From NCBI RefSeq assembly GCF_009914755.1, contig NC_060928.1: a stretch of 64,000 nt of DNA. One strand, written 5' to 3'. Under the pieces are notes generated by a model. The model was not told the DNA's origin, made no database searches, and worked only from the letters and a program-made list of their open reading frames with translations. This document shows positions 1-17,547 of the stretch, piece by piece. This DNA is from the human T2T-CHM13v2.0 reference genome, Homo sapiens. A program made the translations under genes and the position numbers. Position 1 is the stretch's first letter; each line of letters begins with the position of its first letter.

Positions 1-187
1 CAGGTGCTTGTGTGTGGGTGGGTCTATGTACAGGTCATAAAGATACCATGCAGGGAGATTGAGCTCCAACACTACAAGCTCATCTCCTCATCAACCCAGC
101 TGCAAACTGTGTTACTACTTCCTGTATTTCCTTCAAGCAAAATATCTTGCCATTTCCATACTGCTATTCATATCCCTCAGGGTCCAA

Positions 188-543
188 TGTCTCTGTTCAT
201 TTAGGCTGCCATAACAGAATCCCAGACATGAACAACAGACAATTACTTCTCACGGTTCTGGAGGCTGGGAAGTCCAAGAGCAAGGTGCTGGCAGATTCAG
301 TGTCTGATGAGGCCCCTCTCCTTAGTTTATAGTCCAGAAAGCCTTCTTACTCTGTCCTCACATGGTGGAAGGAGTGAGGGATTTTTCTAGAGTCTCTTTT
401 ATAAGGGCACTAATCCCATTTATAAGGGGCTCTGCCCCCATGACCTAATCACCTCCCAAAAGCCCCACCTCCCAATGCTATTGCATTGGAAGCTAGGAAT
501 TCAACATGTGAATTCTGGGGGGACACAAACATTCAGACCACAG
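188..543 (-). mobile_element. MaLR solo LTR (MLT1A-like)
   Basis: Recognisable MLT1A motifs: ggctgccataacagaa, ttctcacggttctggaggctgggaagtccaag, gggggacacaaacattcagacc. Confidence 0.75.
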
Positions 544-621
544 GACCCAGCAAATGTTTCTTGTTCTGGCTACTTTAGTCCTCCCTGTTTTTTGCGCTGA
601 AATTTCACGGTAATGATACTG

Positions 622-961
<340 letters not shown>

Positions 962-1644
962 TTAAGGCCATATCATTATTTTAAATTTTGGCTTTTATTT
1001 CAGGTATGTAGGTCTCATGTCTCCCACCTACACTGTAAATTCCTTTTTTCAGCCTAGCTGGACACTCGTTAAACATTTGTTTGGTGAGTGATAATGGAAG
1101 ACTCCCATTTAAACAAACAACAACAATAACAACAGCAAAAACCTCGCTCCCCTGACTGATAAAGGAGCACATCATCCTCTTCTCTACTGAAGTTTGGGGA
1201 AGACGTAGTCAGCCAAACATCTTTATCTCTGACTCTACTGACTTTCCCACTTTTAAGTGCTGGAACCAGGACCCAAACTTAGCTTTTCCGACTCCACGTT
1301 CAGTGTTCTTTCTGGGACAGTACGTGTAAGAGAACAAAAGCCTGGGTCCTCACAGCCTTCCAAAGTTACTAACCATATGAATGGAAACCTACAATGGATG
1401 ACATTATTTCTTCCAGGATGTAAGAGGTTGCCAACTGTCCCGCTGCTCTTTTCAGAAGGAAGAAGACATTAACTATTTACTCCCAGAACACCTGGGACTG
1501 GGTAAGGGAAGAGAGTGATGAATGGCTTATGAGTAGATGCCCCAGAGATGGGGAAGTAGAGTGTGGCTAATTCCAGCAGCATTTTGCTCAGGCATTCCCT
1601 GAATCCCACAGCCAACGTCCATCTTTCCCAGCCTCACAAGAGGC

Positions 1645-1875
1645 AGTAGTCAGGAGCACAGACTATGGAGTCTGCCCACCTTGGTTTGGATCCAAGTGCC
1701 TCCTTCTAGAAGCTCTGTGGCCTTGGGCAAGTAACTTCCCCTTTCTGAGCCTCAGTTTCCCATCTCTAGGAAATCTACAACATTATAGGCTTCCTGGCAG
1801 GGCTGCTCTGAAAATTATGAGTTAATATCTGTCAAGTGCTGAGAGAGTGCCTGGCTCATAACAAATACTATGTCA
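1645..1875 (+). mobile_element. MIR SINE
   Basis: MIR core ctgtggccttgggcaagtaactt...ctgagcctcagtttcccatct. Confidence 0.75.
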
Positions 1876-2445
1876 TGTTTCTTAAGAAACAAAAAGCAAA
1901 GAACTTATTATTTGTGGAGTTTGTTTCTCACAAAGGCACATTATGCTATCACGGAATTTGCTGCTTTCATTCAACATGTGTTTTGAGATATATTCACTAT
2001 ACTACAAACAGATCTAGTTCTTTCCTTGTGACTGCTCTATAGCATTACATTGTGGAAATGTATTTTATTTGGCCATTTGAATACAAATGGGCATTTAGAT
2101 TGTTTCTATTTTTTGTTAGAGAATCAGTATTCAATAATACTCTCATCTATTAAGTCAAATATTTTCTATTGTAAGTATGCATTTTATTGTAAGTAAGGCT
2201 TATTTTAAAAATGCTTAGCTATGTAAAGTCACAGATCTAATATTATATTTAGTCATGAATAAATGTTTTAAAATTATGTATGAGAACATTAATTAGGAAA
2301 ATGTTGCTACATTACTTTCAAAATAAGCATATGTTTTAAACAAACGTGGTTTTGGGGAGAATATATCATATAGATGCATCTGAATGCTGAAGCATCACTA
2401 AATCCCTAGCAAATGCATTTTTTGGGAATAATCTTTTTAGATTAA

Positions 2446-2895
<450 letters not shown>

Positions 2896-3354
2896 TAATT
2901 TTAATGCAATCTTAAATTCTTTGTTTTCTAATATCTACTTTAAAGTTTTCTTTTTGTTCTTGAGTCCATACTTGGTGATGAATTCCATTTTTAGAGACTT
3001 AAGAGAAGGTTTTCATCAATATGACACAAGCACATACTCTTACAGTCAAATCTTTATGTCATGTAGGACACACCTACTATATCTTTGTCTGAACTCCTCA
3101 CAGTGAAAGAAATAGGTACATATCCTACATGCATTCTATTACGTGTAATATTATTTATTAACTTTTAGGTTAGTTTTGATTTTTTTGAGTGTGTGTATAC
3201 ATTTGTGGGCTGTTTTTCATCCCCAAAGTAACACTTGCTCATTTTTAAATATTAAAAAAAAATTGAGAGCAGGATAAAATAAAATAAAATATCAAATCCC
3301 TTTCCAGTGCTTCCCAATTTTACTCACCAATGGTTGCTCCAAGTAACTGCTTGG

Positions 3355-3830
3355 AGCTTGGCAGGAAACAGACGGCACTCACAAAAGGGGTGATGGAAGC
3401 AGGTTTCATGAAGGGACTACTTACAAAGGAGGGGCAGAGCTAAGAGAAACTAACAAGGGGCAGTGAAGCACCCTGGGGTGGCCATAGCAGCAAGTTCTGT
3501 ACCCTCTCCTAGGCCTGAAGGAACAAGGGAAGGGAGTGGATACTCACCCAGCAAGACCAACCAGTGTAGAAAAGGTCCCTGGAGAGCAGCCCAGCCCTGG
3601 GGAGAGGAACCCCGCTACTGCCCACCCTGAGGCCTGACTAGGAAGAGTGAGGAAAAGTACACCATTTCCTCTCCTCCCGGCCTCCCAGCTCCTGCCAATT
3701 TCTCCCATCAGCTAGGTCCAGCCGGAAGTCAGAGGGCAAGAGGGCCTGTTGGCGCATCCCATGGCAGCCTGCCTCCTGATGGGGCGCAGGAAAGAAAGGG
3801 GTGGGGCAGGGATCTGGAGGGGAGCTAAAG
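3355..3830. mobile_element. Old ERVL-type LTR fragment
   Basis: ggcaggaaacagacggcactcac...tgaagggactacttacaaag...gtgaagcaccctgggg resembles LTR16/33/41-class LTRs; subfamily not resolved. Confidence 0.45.
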
Positions 3831-4639
3831 AAAATTCAGGCAGGGGGCTTACCCACAGAGTCAGTGATACCAGCCTCTGATAGCTTCTTCCCACACCACA
3901 TGCATTGGCAGATTTCTCTGACTTTCTTTTTAGGGCAGTGTCACCCTCCCATGCATTGGATGATCCTTAAAGAAAAGGACTGGCAGACGGGATCTGAGCC
4001 TGGGATCCGAGCTTCCCAAATCGTTTGAGCCTCTAGCCAGGGTGCCACAAAAGGGGAGATCTGAGCAACAGACATGGCCGGTGCTAACGTTGTAATATTT
4101 AGAGTCTGACTCATCAAATCCAGGTGGTAATCCCTCAGATCCTTGGGCCACCAAGCAGATTCACGAAAGAGCACTTACCTCTTCATTAAGGCTTGACAAC
4201 ACATTTCCTTTCTGAGAATACAATGCTTGGGCTGGTCTGATCATATTCAGAACCACAAAATTGCTTTTGTTTAGCTGTAATCCCTTCCCCAACTTGTACC
4301 ATCTTGAAACATTAGTGGAGATACTAGGAAACTGTACATCAAGTTTTTGGCCTGTTCCAAAGTTTTTGGCCATAAGATGCTGAATTATATCAAAATTGTG
4401 ACCAACTAAGTTTGGATTTACTTTCAATATATTGTTATTTAATGTTACCCATGGAGTTGATTAGGAAAGACATCAAAAGGTCAGTGATTTACAAAACACT
4501 ATGGTTGAGTCCTAGGAGTTAGAAGGAGAGCAGTGCACCAACACAGAGATTCAACTCTAGGAGAAAACATCAGTCCCAGCTGTGGCTAGGGTGACACTGT
4601 TGTCTGCATCTTCGCTGAAAAGGTAAGTGGAAGCCTGGA

Positions 4640-4795
4640 TGTCCTTGTCTGTTTAGTGCTGCTGTAACAAAATATCAGAAACTGGGTAATTTACTTCTTA
4701 AATCACCACGTAAAGACCCCGCCTCTTAATACCATCACACTGGCCACCAAGTTTCAACACCTGAATTTTGGAGGGAACATGTTAAAATCATAGCA
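4640..4795 (-). mobile_element. Internally deleted MST/MLT1A-type LTR
   Basis: Terminal motifs gctgctgtaacaaaata...ctgggtaattta and ctcttaataccatcacactggc...aagtttcaacacctgaattttgg joined directly. Confidence 0.55.
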
Positions 4796-4867
4796 CTGGG
4801 CTTAGGAGAGGATTCAGGAAAGTGATTGGAGCAACATGGAAGTAAATTCATTGTCATATGTTCTTAG

Positions 4868-5247
<380 letters not shown>

Positions 5248-5879
5248 TAAAAGATAATCCTGAACATCTTGCAATTGCTGCAACCTAAAGCAATATAACT
5301 AGAGCTTTTCTAAACTTCTGTGCATTTTGCCCACTCTCCTTGACATGGCCCTCAAGCCAGCCAGCCCCTTCTCGGGGCTTAGTTCCTCAGTTCTCTCTCT
5401 GTGGTCCTATTAGTGACAACGGCAGACAGGCTGTCTCCAGCACAAATGGAGAACTACCTGCCACATGTCCAGACACTCAACAGTTTTAGTGCAAACCAAC
5501 CGTTACAATATGTTCTGCAAACATACTTTATCTTAATTTTGTTTTTTATCAGTTTTATTGAGGTATAATCTACAGAGCATAACATACATCTCTTTTAAGT
5601 ATACACTTCAAAGAATTTTAGCATATTTACAGAGTTGTACAATTATTACCATGATCTAATTTCAGAACATTTCCATGACCCTACAAAGAAACCTCTTGCT
5701 CATTAGCAGTCATTCCCAATTTTCACCCCCAGCTGTAGGCAACCACTCACCTGTTCTCTGTTTCTACAGATTTGCCTTTTCTGGACATTTCATATAAATA
5801 GGATGATAAAATCTGTGGTCACTTGTGTCTGGCTTGCTTCACTGAGCATTAGGTTCTTCCAGTTTTTAGTGTGTTTTAG

Positions 5880-6296
<417 letters not shown>

Positions 6297-6904
6297 AAAC
6301 ATTGTTTACGAGTCTTTGCATGGACATATGTTTTCATTTCATTTCCTTTCTTTTGGGTAGATAGCTATTGATACAAGCGGAATTGCTGGATCACATATGA
6401 AGTCTGTGTTTCACCTTTTGAGAAACTACTAAACTGTTCCAGAGTGGCTGTACCATCCTCCATTTCCACAAACAATGTCGGAGGGTTTCCGTTTCTCCAC
6501 ATCCTTGCCAACACTTATTATCGTTTGCCTTTTTAAAAAATTGTAACTGTTCTACTAGGTAAAAAATGGTATCTCATTGTGATTTTGTCAGTATGCGTTT
6601 CCTTAGTGACGAATGATGGTGAGCATCTTTTCATGCGCATTTTGGCCACGTGTATATCTTGGGGAAAATGTTTACTTAAATCTTTTGCATTTTTTTAAAT
6701 TAAAAATTTTATTGAGGTAATTGTAAACCCATGCAGGTGTAAGAAATAATTCAGAGAGATCCCTTGCCCAATTTCTTCCAATGATGACATACTATATCAT
6801 ATCACAGCCAAGATACTAACAATGAAACAATCTACCAGGCTTACTCTTGATTCTCCTGTTTCACTTGTACTCTTTTGTGTGTGTGTGCACATATGTGTAT
6901 TTAG

Positions 6905-7203
<299 letters not shown>

Positions 7204-7971
7204 GAGTTCTGTGCATTTTTTATCACTGATAAAGGTATGTGTATCTGTTACCACAAGATGCAGAACAGGTTTGTCTCCATAAGGGTCCCTCCTGTTGACT
7301 TTTATAACCATACCATCTACCTGCCCCACTTGGCTCCACTCCATTACACCTCCTCCCACTCCACTGCTCCTAACCTTAGGCAACCACAAGTCTGCTTTCC
7401 ATTTCTATAATTTTGTCATTTCGAGAATGTCATATAAATGGAATCATGAAGTATGTAATCTGAGATTGGTTTTTTTTCTGTTAGCATAATTCCCTGGAAA
7501 TTCATCCAAGATGTTCATGTATCAATACTCCATATCTTTTGATTGCTGAGTATTTCATGGTAGAATGTTCTACAGTTTATTTAACCATTCACCCACTGAA
7601 GGGTATCTGAGTTGGAAGGACATCTGAACTGTTTCCAGGTTTTGACAATTGTGCATGAAGCTTCTATGAACAGTCATATGCAGGTTTTTGTGTGAACAGA
7701 AGTTTTATTTCTCTGAGATAAATGCCCAAGAGTGCAACTGTTCAGTCATATAGTAATTGCATGTTTAGTTTCATAAGAAATTGTCAAACTTTCTCAGAGT
7801 GGCTTTACCATTTTAAGTTTCCTCCAGCAATGTATGAGTGATCGATTTCTCTGCACCCTTGCCAGCATTTGATGCTGTCACTATTTTTTATTAGTCATTT
7901 GCATAGACGTATAATGATACAATAGCTTTTTGTGATTTGAATTTGCATTTCCTTGATGGCTATGATATTGA

Positions 7972-8369
<398 letters not shown>

Positions 8370-9093
8370 ATAATGGAGCTACTTATCTTTTAACCATTGA
8401 GTTTTAAGAGTTCTTGATATAATCTGGATGCAAGTTTTTTAAATCACATACATGATTTGCAAATATCTTCTCCCAATATTTGAGTGTATTTTTACTTTCT
8501 TGATGGTGTCTTTTGACATACAAAAGCTTTTAATTTTGATTAAGTCTAAGTTACCATTTTTCTCCTCTTGCATGTGTTTCTGGTATTATATCTAAGAAAT
8601 CATTGCCTAACCCAAGAGCATGAAGATTTACTCCTATTCCTTCTTCTATGATTTTTAGTTTCAGCTCTCACATTTAGGTCTGTGATAAATTTTGAGTTAA
8701 CTTTTGTGTATGGTGTAAGGTGCTTTTGCTTATAAATATCCAATTTTCCCAGTACTATTTGTTAAAAATACCTTCTTTCTCCTTACATTTTGTTGGCACC
8801 TTTATTGCAAATCAGTTGACCATAAGTGGAAGCACCTATTTCTGGGCTCTCAGTTTTTTTTTTTTTAAACCATTGATCGATGCGTCTGGTACCACACTGT
8901 CTTCATCCCTGTAGTCTATCTTTTTATTTTAACAAATATACTGCTATGATCTTCTGTAAATGCAGATTCTAATTTACAATTTTTTGATTCCTTGGAGTTC
9001 TGCCTTAGAATATTCAGAGGCAGCCCCATGCTTCCAGCCTGCCTGGGCCTTTCTCCTTCTCTTCCAACTCCCAGCTCTGTCTCATTGTGTTAG

Positions 9094-9479
<386 letters not shown>

Positions 9480-9499
9480 ACAGCTTTATTTCTTTAAAT

Positions 9500-10190
<691 letters not shown>

Positions 10191-11040
10191 GACCTAGAAT
10201 TATTAAATTAGTGCTGTGATTTTGATCTTCTGAAAGCACTTTGAGTTCACCTTCATTTTAGGAGATTATTGTCACTGGCTGTGAGTTCTAGCTTTTAAAA
10301 AGATATTCCATTGTCTTCTAGCTCCATCATTTCTACCAAAAAGCAGACAAAATGTCTTACTGTTACGCCTTTGAAGGTAATGTTTCCCCCCACGCTCTAT
10401 CCCCACCCAACTACTTTAAGATCTTCTTTTCATTTTTGGTTTTCAACAGCTTTATCTTGATGTGTGTATGTGTGATTTTTTTGTGTGCAGAGCTTCTTAC
10501 ATCTGTGAGATAATGTTACATATCAGTTTTGGAAAATTCTGCTTGGTTATTTGGTTATCTCTTCAAATATTTATTCTGCCCCATTCTCAAAGAGCTTTAA
10601 TTATTCCTGTGTATTACACAGTTCCAATATATACCAGGGGTTTCTGTGCTTTTTTTTCATTGTTGTTTTCCTTTGTGTTTTAAAATCTGAATATTTCCTA
10701 CTGACCTGTGTGTCAGTTCACCAGCCCTTTCTTATACTGTGCATTGTCTAGTCTTGAACCCACCTGCTGAGTCCTAATTACAGACATTGTACTTTCCATT
10801 TTACAGTTTCATTTAATTTTCCTCTTTAGGTTTTGGTTTTTCTGGTAATAATCTCTACTGTTTGTTTTCCTCTATTTTTCTTGAACATATGTTAGTTATT
10901 TTAGAGTCTCTGCTCTGAGTCTGCGTCTGGTATATATTTCATTCCCTCAGGGACTCAACAGACTCCATATAGTCCTTTTCCCTGGTAGGCCTTGTAATTT
11001 TTAACTGAATTCTGGACATTGTCTATAAAATATTGGAGAG

Positions 11041-11430
<390 letters not shown>

Positions 11431-12370
11431 CTAGAGTCGGGGGGGTACTGAGCTTTTGCTTTTGCTCAGTAAGGGACTGAGCAGACGCTACTCTGGGTTG
11501 CAGTCTTGGCATAGCTCTCTTTGGTTCACCTCTCTTCTTACGCTAATGAGTTCTGGGCTTTCAACTGAGGACCTGATGTGTACACTGGGGTTCCTGTCCC
11601 TGGCAGGTCATGAACTCTAATCTTTGTCTTATCATTACTCTGAGGCTGCCAAAAGCTTGGCTCTAGTTTTCAGCTGAGTTATTTATTTCCGTATCCTTTC
11701 CAGCTGTCTTGAAGAGAAAACAGTCCATGTTTGAGGCCCTTCAATTGTGTCACTCCAGCTGCATAAAAGTGCCAAAAAGTCTACTGGTTTCTCCGCCCAT
11801 CAGAAGCAGCGCTTTACTCAGGCAAAGCCTGGGCTTTCAGCCTCTTGCTCATACTTAGGATTAAGCAATTTCCTTTGGGAAAAGTGGCTGCAGAAGGTTG
11901 GATCATTACTTCATGGCTCTTCTCTCTGAAAGTTTATTACCCTTTTTCCTTGTTGCTTTAGAAACTATGTGATGTCTGTAAGCAGATCATGCTTATGTTT
12001 AATCTAGCTTTTCTAGTTGTTCCTGGAAGAATCACTGGTCTTACATAAGCAACTCTACCCTACCCAGAAACATAAGGCCAGTGAGTGCTAGAGGTGTTAT
12101 TTCTGATATATATCATTTTTATGTGGGTGTAATGAGAAATTTTTAGAGTATATAGTGTGCTTTACTGTCAGAAATGAACGCCTTCCATTTCCACTTTTTT
12201 CTTGGTAATGAGTATGTTTTCTGTTAAAACATAGTGTTTTTTTTTTAAACTATGTATATATTTTATTCCGATGTGAAGTACAATTTTAGACATGGAGTGC
12301 TTATCCAATTCCTTTTCCAATTATATTTATACCTTTCAAAATATTTAAACAGGATAAATAGGATAAATTA

Positions 12371-12721
<351 letters not shown>

Positions 12722-13042
12722 TTACAGATGGTAGACAAGTCTTAATTAACAAGACAATCTCCATCAATAATATAAAAAAGTGAACAAATTACAAATAAAA
12801 CTACTTCAAATATATTTTGAAAAAGTAGACATCTGTATTTTTCCATCTGGAATACACAGGATCTAGTCTTCTAGATAAATGTCTAATAACTTCATCTTGG
12901 ATCATCAGGAAAAATCAATTACATATAATATTTTTCTAAACTCTATGGTCAGTCACATCTAAAATCATTAAGTGTAAAACAGCATATGAATCTAATTACA
13001 TTTATAACTGAATGCCCAGTATAGATGATTTTGAAGTTCTAC

Positions 13043-13333
13043 TTTTTTTTTGAGACGGAGTCTCACTCTGTCACCCAGGCTGGAGTGCAGTGGCGCAATC
13101 TCGGCTCACTGCAAGCTTCACCTCCTGAGTTCACGCCATTCTCCGGCCCCAGCCTCCTGAGTAGCTGGGACTACAGGTGCCCACCACCACGCTCGGCTAA
13201 TTTTTTTGTATTTTTAGTAGAGACAGGGTTTCACCGTATTAGCCAGGATGGTCTCGATCTCCTGACCTCGTGATCCGCCTGCCTCGGCCTCCCAAAGTGT
13301 TGGGATGACAGGCGTGAGCCACTGCACCCGGCC
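13043..13333 (-). mobile_element. AluY
   Basis: AluY diagnostics (gcaagct, ttcacgccattctc, cctgacctcgtgatcc); TSD tgaagttctactttt. Confidence 0.9.
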
Positions 13334-13367
13334 CTGAAGTTCTACTTTTTAATAACTAGAACATGTA

Positions 13368-13670
13368 GGCCAGCCGCAGTGGCTCAAGCCTGTCATCCCC
13401 GCACTTTGGGGGGCCAAGGCGGGCAGATCACTTGAGGTCCGGAGTTCAAGACCAGCCTGGCTAACATGGTAAAATCCTGTCTTTACTAAAAGTACAAAAA
13501 TTAGTCAGGTGTGGTGGCACACGCCTATAATTCCAGCTACTCAGGAAGCAGGGACAGGAGAATTGCTTGAACTTGGGAGGTGGAGGTTACAGTCAGCCGA
13601 GATTGTGCCACTGCATTCCGGCTTGGGCAACAGAGCGAGACTCTGTCTCAAAAAAAAAAAACAAAAACAC
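13368..13670 (+). mobile_element. AluS
   Basis: Alu dimer; TSD agaacatgta / agaacttgta. Confidence 0.9.
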
Positions 13671-15779
13671 AGAACTTGTATTAAGTCATTATTCTTTCTC
13701 TTATGAGTGACTGTGTTTCTGCCTTTTTAAATGTTTTGATACCTGCATGTTTCAGATAGCAGTTATCTGATTAGCCATAGCATTTTCCTAAAACTGCCTA
13801 TTTTTAGCTCTGGTCCTTTTTTTTTTTTTTTTTCCTCTTTTCCTTTTGGAAACCTGCCATCTACAGAGATCTCAGAGGAGGGAGAGCCTGTTCACTCGCG
13901 AATATGTATTTCGGGCAAGATGGCGGGTTCCTGGCAGGTTATAATTTCCACTGCTGGAGACCTCAGACACTGAGTATTCACTTCCTTTTTTGAGGGAGAC
14001 AAAATCAAGGGTAGAACTTGGCAATTACATTAAAAAAAATCAACAGATAACGAACCGCTGCTATTCCAGTAAGCAGACAAACATGTCTAAAAATTATGTT
14101 TATTTTACCATGTACCTTTGTTACTAATATCAGCTATTGTTATTTCACATGAAGTAGCAAGAAGGTGTATCTATGTCCATCTAAATACTTATGAAAATAA
14201 TGACAGTATAGTGTGTGTTGTAGCAGCAGTTTGTCATGTTGTTTTTTTCTCACCACAGCCCTCATGGAGGATGTCATTTATGTGAAAGACACAGACGTGA
14301 AAGACACAGGCTCATGAGGGTACGGTGAAACACACAAATCCTGGCAGGGTAGTTGTAAAAGTCCACCCCTTCTGTTCTTACTTAATAAAGCCTAGCAATA
14401 TGCAAAAGAATGAGAGTAAAATTATTACTGGAGAAACTTTGACTCTACTCTACCTTTAAAATAAATAAAAAGAAATCCATCCCAAACTGACACTCTAGTG
14501 TTAATAACCATTTTCTTATGACATACTTCCCAATGATAGAGACTCAGCAGTGGATCAAGATCTTTAGATTGGAAAGAGCTATACATAATGCATCAATACC
14601 ATACCACAAGTACTCATCTCCCAAGTGTTAGCCCAATATCACCCACTGCAAGCTGTCCTCTCATTCCCAATTCCCTTTTACAATGAGCCACTCCTTCCAT
14701 TGACGCCCCTCTCTCCTTTCTGCTGCTCTGCAGCATGTACATGTTTCTACCATTCCACCAATTAGTGTAACTTCATTTTGGGGGGATGACTTGTCTGTTT
14801 CTTTTTACAAACTACAAGCTCCCTCCAAACAAGGGCCATGTCACATCTATTTCTCTTTGTCCAGCAGTCAGCTCACTGCCTAGAATACAAGAGTTGTCTG
14901 ATATGATTGTTGACGAATGGGAGCAATATTTAGTAGCTTCGAATCACTCAGTGTTAAAGCCTGAGACGTGCACGCTCATGATATGGATATCCAATACTGT
15001 CAACATTTCATAATTTGGTTTGGCTGGTGGAATTTTTGTTCAAATAAAAATGAATTTAGCATGAAATTTGGGTTGGGTTTACACTAACAAGCAGGTAAAG
15101 AGTCAAATGTTCTAATGGGGAAAGTATTATGCTAGATTGGTCTCCACTCTTAATTGCTGCTGTCGCAGGTACAGGAATGGAACAAAAGCAAACCTCTAAT
15201 AGAAACTGAAGACAAAGAGATATATGTTTTGCACACTGCTCTTTGAAATTTGGTTTTGAAGTGGGATGAGCTTCTGCCATTGTAGTTGAAATGCCAGGGC
15301 CAGTGCTGTGTAAGTAGAGAGGGGTCATGGCTGGGGGAATTGTCAACAGAGGCATTATTCAGAAGCATCTCAAAAGCCAGTTGCAGTTCAATGTTAGGCC
15401 ATAGGCGCTTTCACTGATAGTGGTACTATTAAACTTCCTACCAGAAAAGATGAATCCTTTTGGGAAAATTTAGTGAGGAATCAGAATAGATAGAGAAGCT
15501 TCTAGGAGCATTTTGAGCCACTTTGAGAAAGTGTCTCAGGCAGTCAAAAAGTCTTCCCCGTAGGGTAGATCAGTACAGGATCTTCACTAAGGTAAGTGTC
15601 TCTGGTAGGCTGTGGGAAGAAGTGATGTATGGGATGTGCCTTGGCAGTGTTTTCAATATCATATTCATTCTCAACCACAAGAGATAGCCAATATCCTCAA
15701 AGTAAGTGATTCGCACGTGTGTGGCTACAATAACTAGACCATCACGAACTCTTTAAAAAACAGTGGAAGGGGGTCTCAC

Positions 15780-16470
15780 AGTATAGCTGTTGAGAGCACA
15801 AACTCTGAAACCAGACTGCCTGGGCTTGAACTGTGGCTTGGTGACTGTCTTAGTCCATTCAGTGTTGCTATAACAGAATACCTGAGACTGAGTCATTCAT
15901 AAAGGGGAGAGTTTTATTTAGCTCATGGTTCTGCAGTCTGGGAAGTCCAAGGGTGCAGCCTGGCTTCTGGCGAGGGCTTTCACTCTGCATCATGACTTGA
16001 CAGAGAAGGTCAAAGGGGAAGCAGATACATGGGAAGACCCAACAGGAGGAGGAACCTCACTTTGTAACAGCTGATCTCATGGGAATGAATTCATTCCTGA
16101 GAGAACTAATCCCATCTTGCTGGAGAAAGAATTCACTCACTACCACGAGAATGAAACCAAGCCATTCATGAGAAATCTGCCCCCATGACCCAAACACCTC
16201 CCACTAGGCCCCACCTCCCAATACCACCACATTTCAACATGGCTTTTGGTGAGGACAAAAAACAAATCCAAACCACAGCAGTGACTTAACAGTGGAGGTC
16301 CTGCACATGTTGCTTAATTCTCTTTGAATCAATTTTCGTCTGTAAAATTAGGATGACAAGAGTATCTATCCCATAGGGCTGCTGTGTGGATTAAATAAGT
16401 GAATATACATAAAGTACTTAGCACACTGCATGACATATAGGAAGCACCATATAAATGCTAGCTATTTTTA
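15780..16470 (+). mobile_element. MIR interrupted by a MaLR LTR
   Basis: gagagcacaaactctgaaaccagactgcctggg before the LTR; tctgtaaaattaggatga...ggattaaataagt after it. Confidence 0.65.
15846..16280 (-). mobile_element. MST-type MaLR solo LTR
   Basis: TG...CA termini (tgtcttagtcc...ccacagca) with 5-bp TSD gtgac at 15841-15845 and 16281-16285. Confidence 0.85.
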
Positions 16471-16721
16471 TTATTTATCTGGGATAAGCAGTAGCAGACA
16501 CGTAATTGAAGGTTCAACAGTTGATGGATTCCTGCTTGTAGGTAAACATGTAGTCGTAAGCATGAAAAAAAATCACTAATACTGCATAAGAGTTATGACA
16601 CAATTAAGTTTGGGTTATTATTGAAAGAATCCTTTAGAAGGCCTGTAATTAGAATAAATGATCACCCCCATGGCTATAGAAGTTCTGTGGAAATTCTGGC
16701 TTCCTACTACAGTAAGGTTTT

Positions 16722-17153
16722 TATTCTTATTTTTTTTGAGACAGGGTTCCATCCTGTCACTCAGCTGAAGTGCAGTGGCATGATCATAGCTCACTGTGGC
16801 CTCAACCTCCCAGGCTCAAGTGATCCTGCCTCAACCTTCTGAGTAGCTGGGACTACAGGTGTGTGCCACCATGCCTGACTCATTTTTTCTTTCTTAATGT
16901 AGAGACAGGGTCTCATCATGTTGCCCAGGCTGATCTCAAATTCCCGGGCTCAGGTAACCCTCCCACCTTGGCCTCCCAACATGCTGGGATTACAGGCTTG
17001 AGCCAGGTTTTTATTTTTTTAATTTTATCTTTTTTTATAGATGGGGGTCTTGCTATGTTGCCCAGGCTGGATTTGAACTCCTGGGCTCAAGCAATCATCC
17101 TGCTTTAGCCTCTGAGTAGCTGGGATTACAGGCATGTGCCACTGTACCTGACA
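16722..17153 (-). mobile_element. AluJ plus Alu monomer within one outer TSD
   Basis: acagtaaggtttt on both sides; dimer to ~17005, monomer ~17020-17152. Confidence 0.8.
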
Positions 17154-17547
17154 ACAGTAAGGTTTTTTTGTGCAGACACTGTTGTTTCTGACACGTAACC
17201 AATCGCTGCCCGGAATTATGTACTCATGAGTCTAACAGAATACTTGAGACTGAGTCATTTATAAAGAGGAGAGGCTTATTTAGCTCATGGTTCTGCGGTC
17301 TGGGAAGTCCAAGGGCATAACCTGGCTTCTGACGAGGGCTTTCACACTGCATCATGACACAGCAGAGAAGGTAATCTATCTACAATACTGTGCTATCAAA
17401 ATAATATAGAAGGACATTCTTTTTTCTTTATAAAAGCTGACTCTCCATAGATGCATAATCAGCATGTCATTAAAATATTATTTTCTGCCTGGATTCTTAT
17501 AAATTGTAGTTCTACATGTAGCATGCATATATTATAAGAACAATGGT

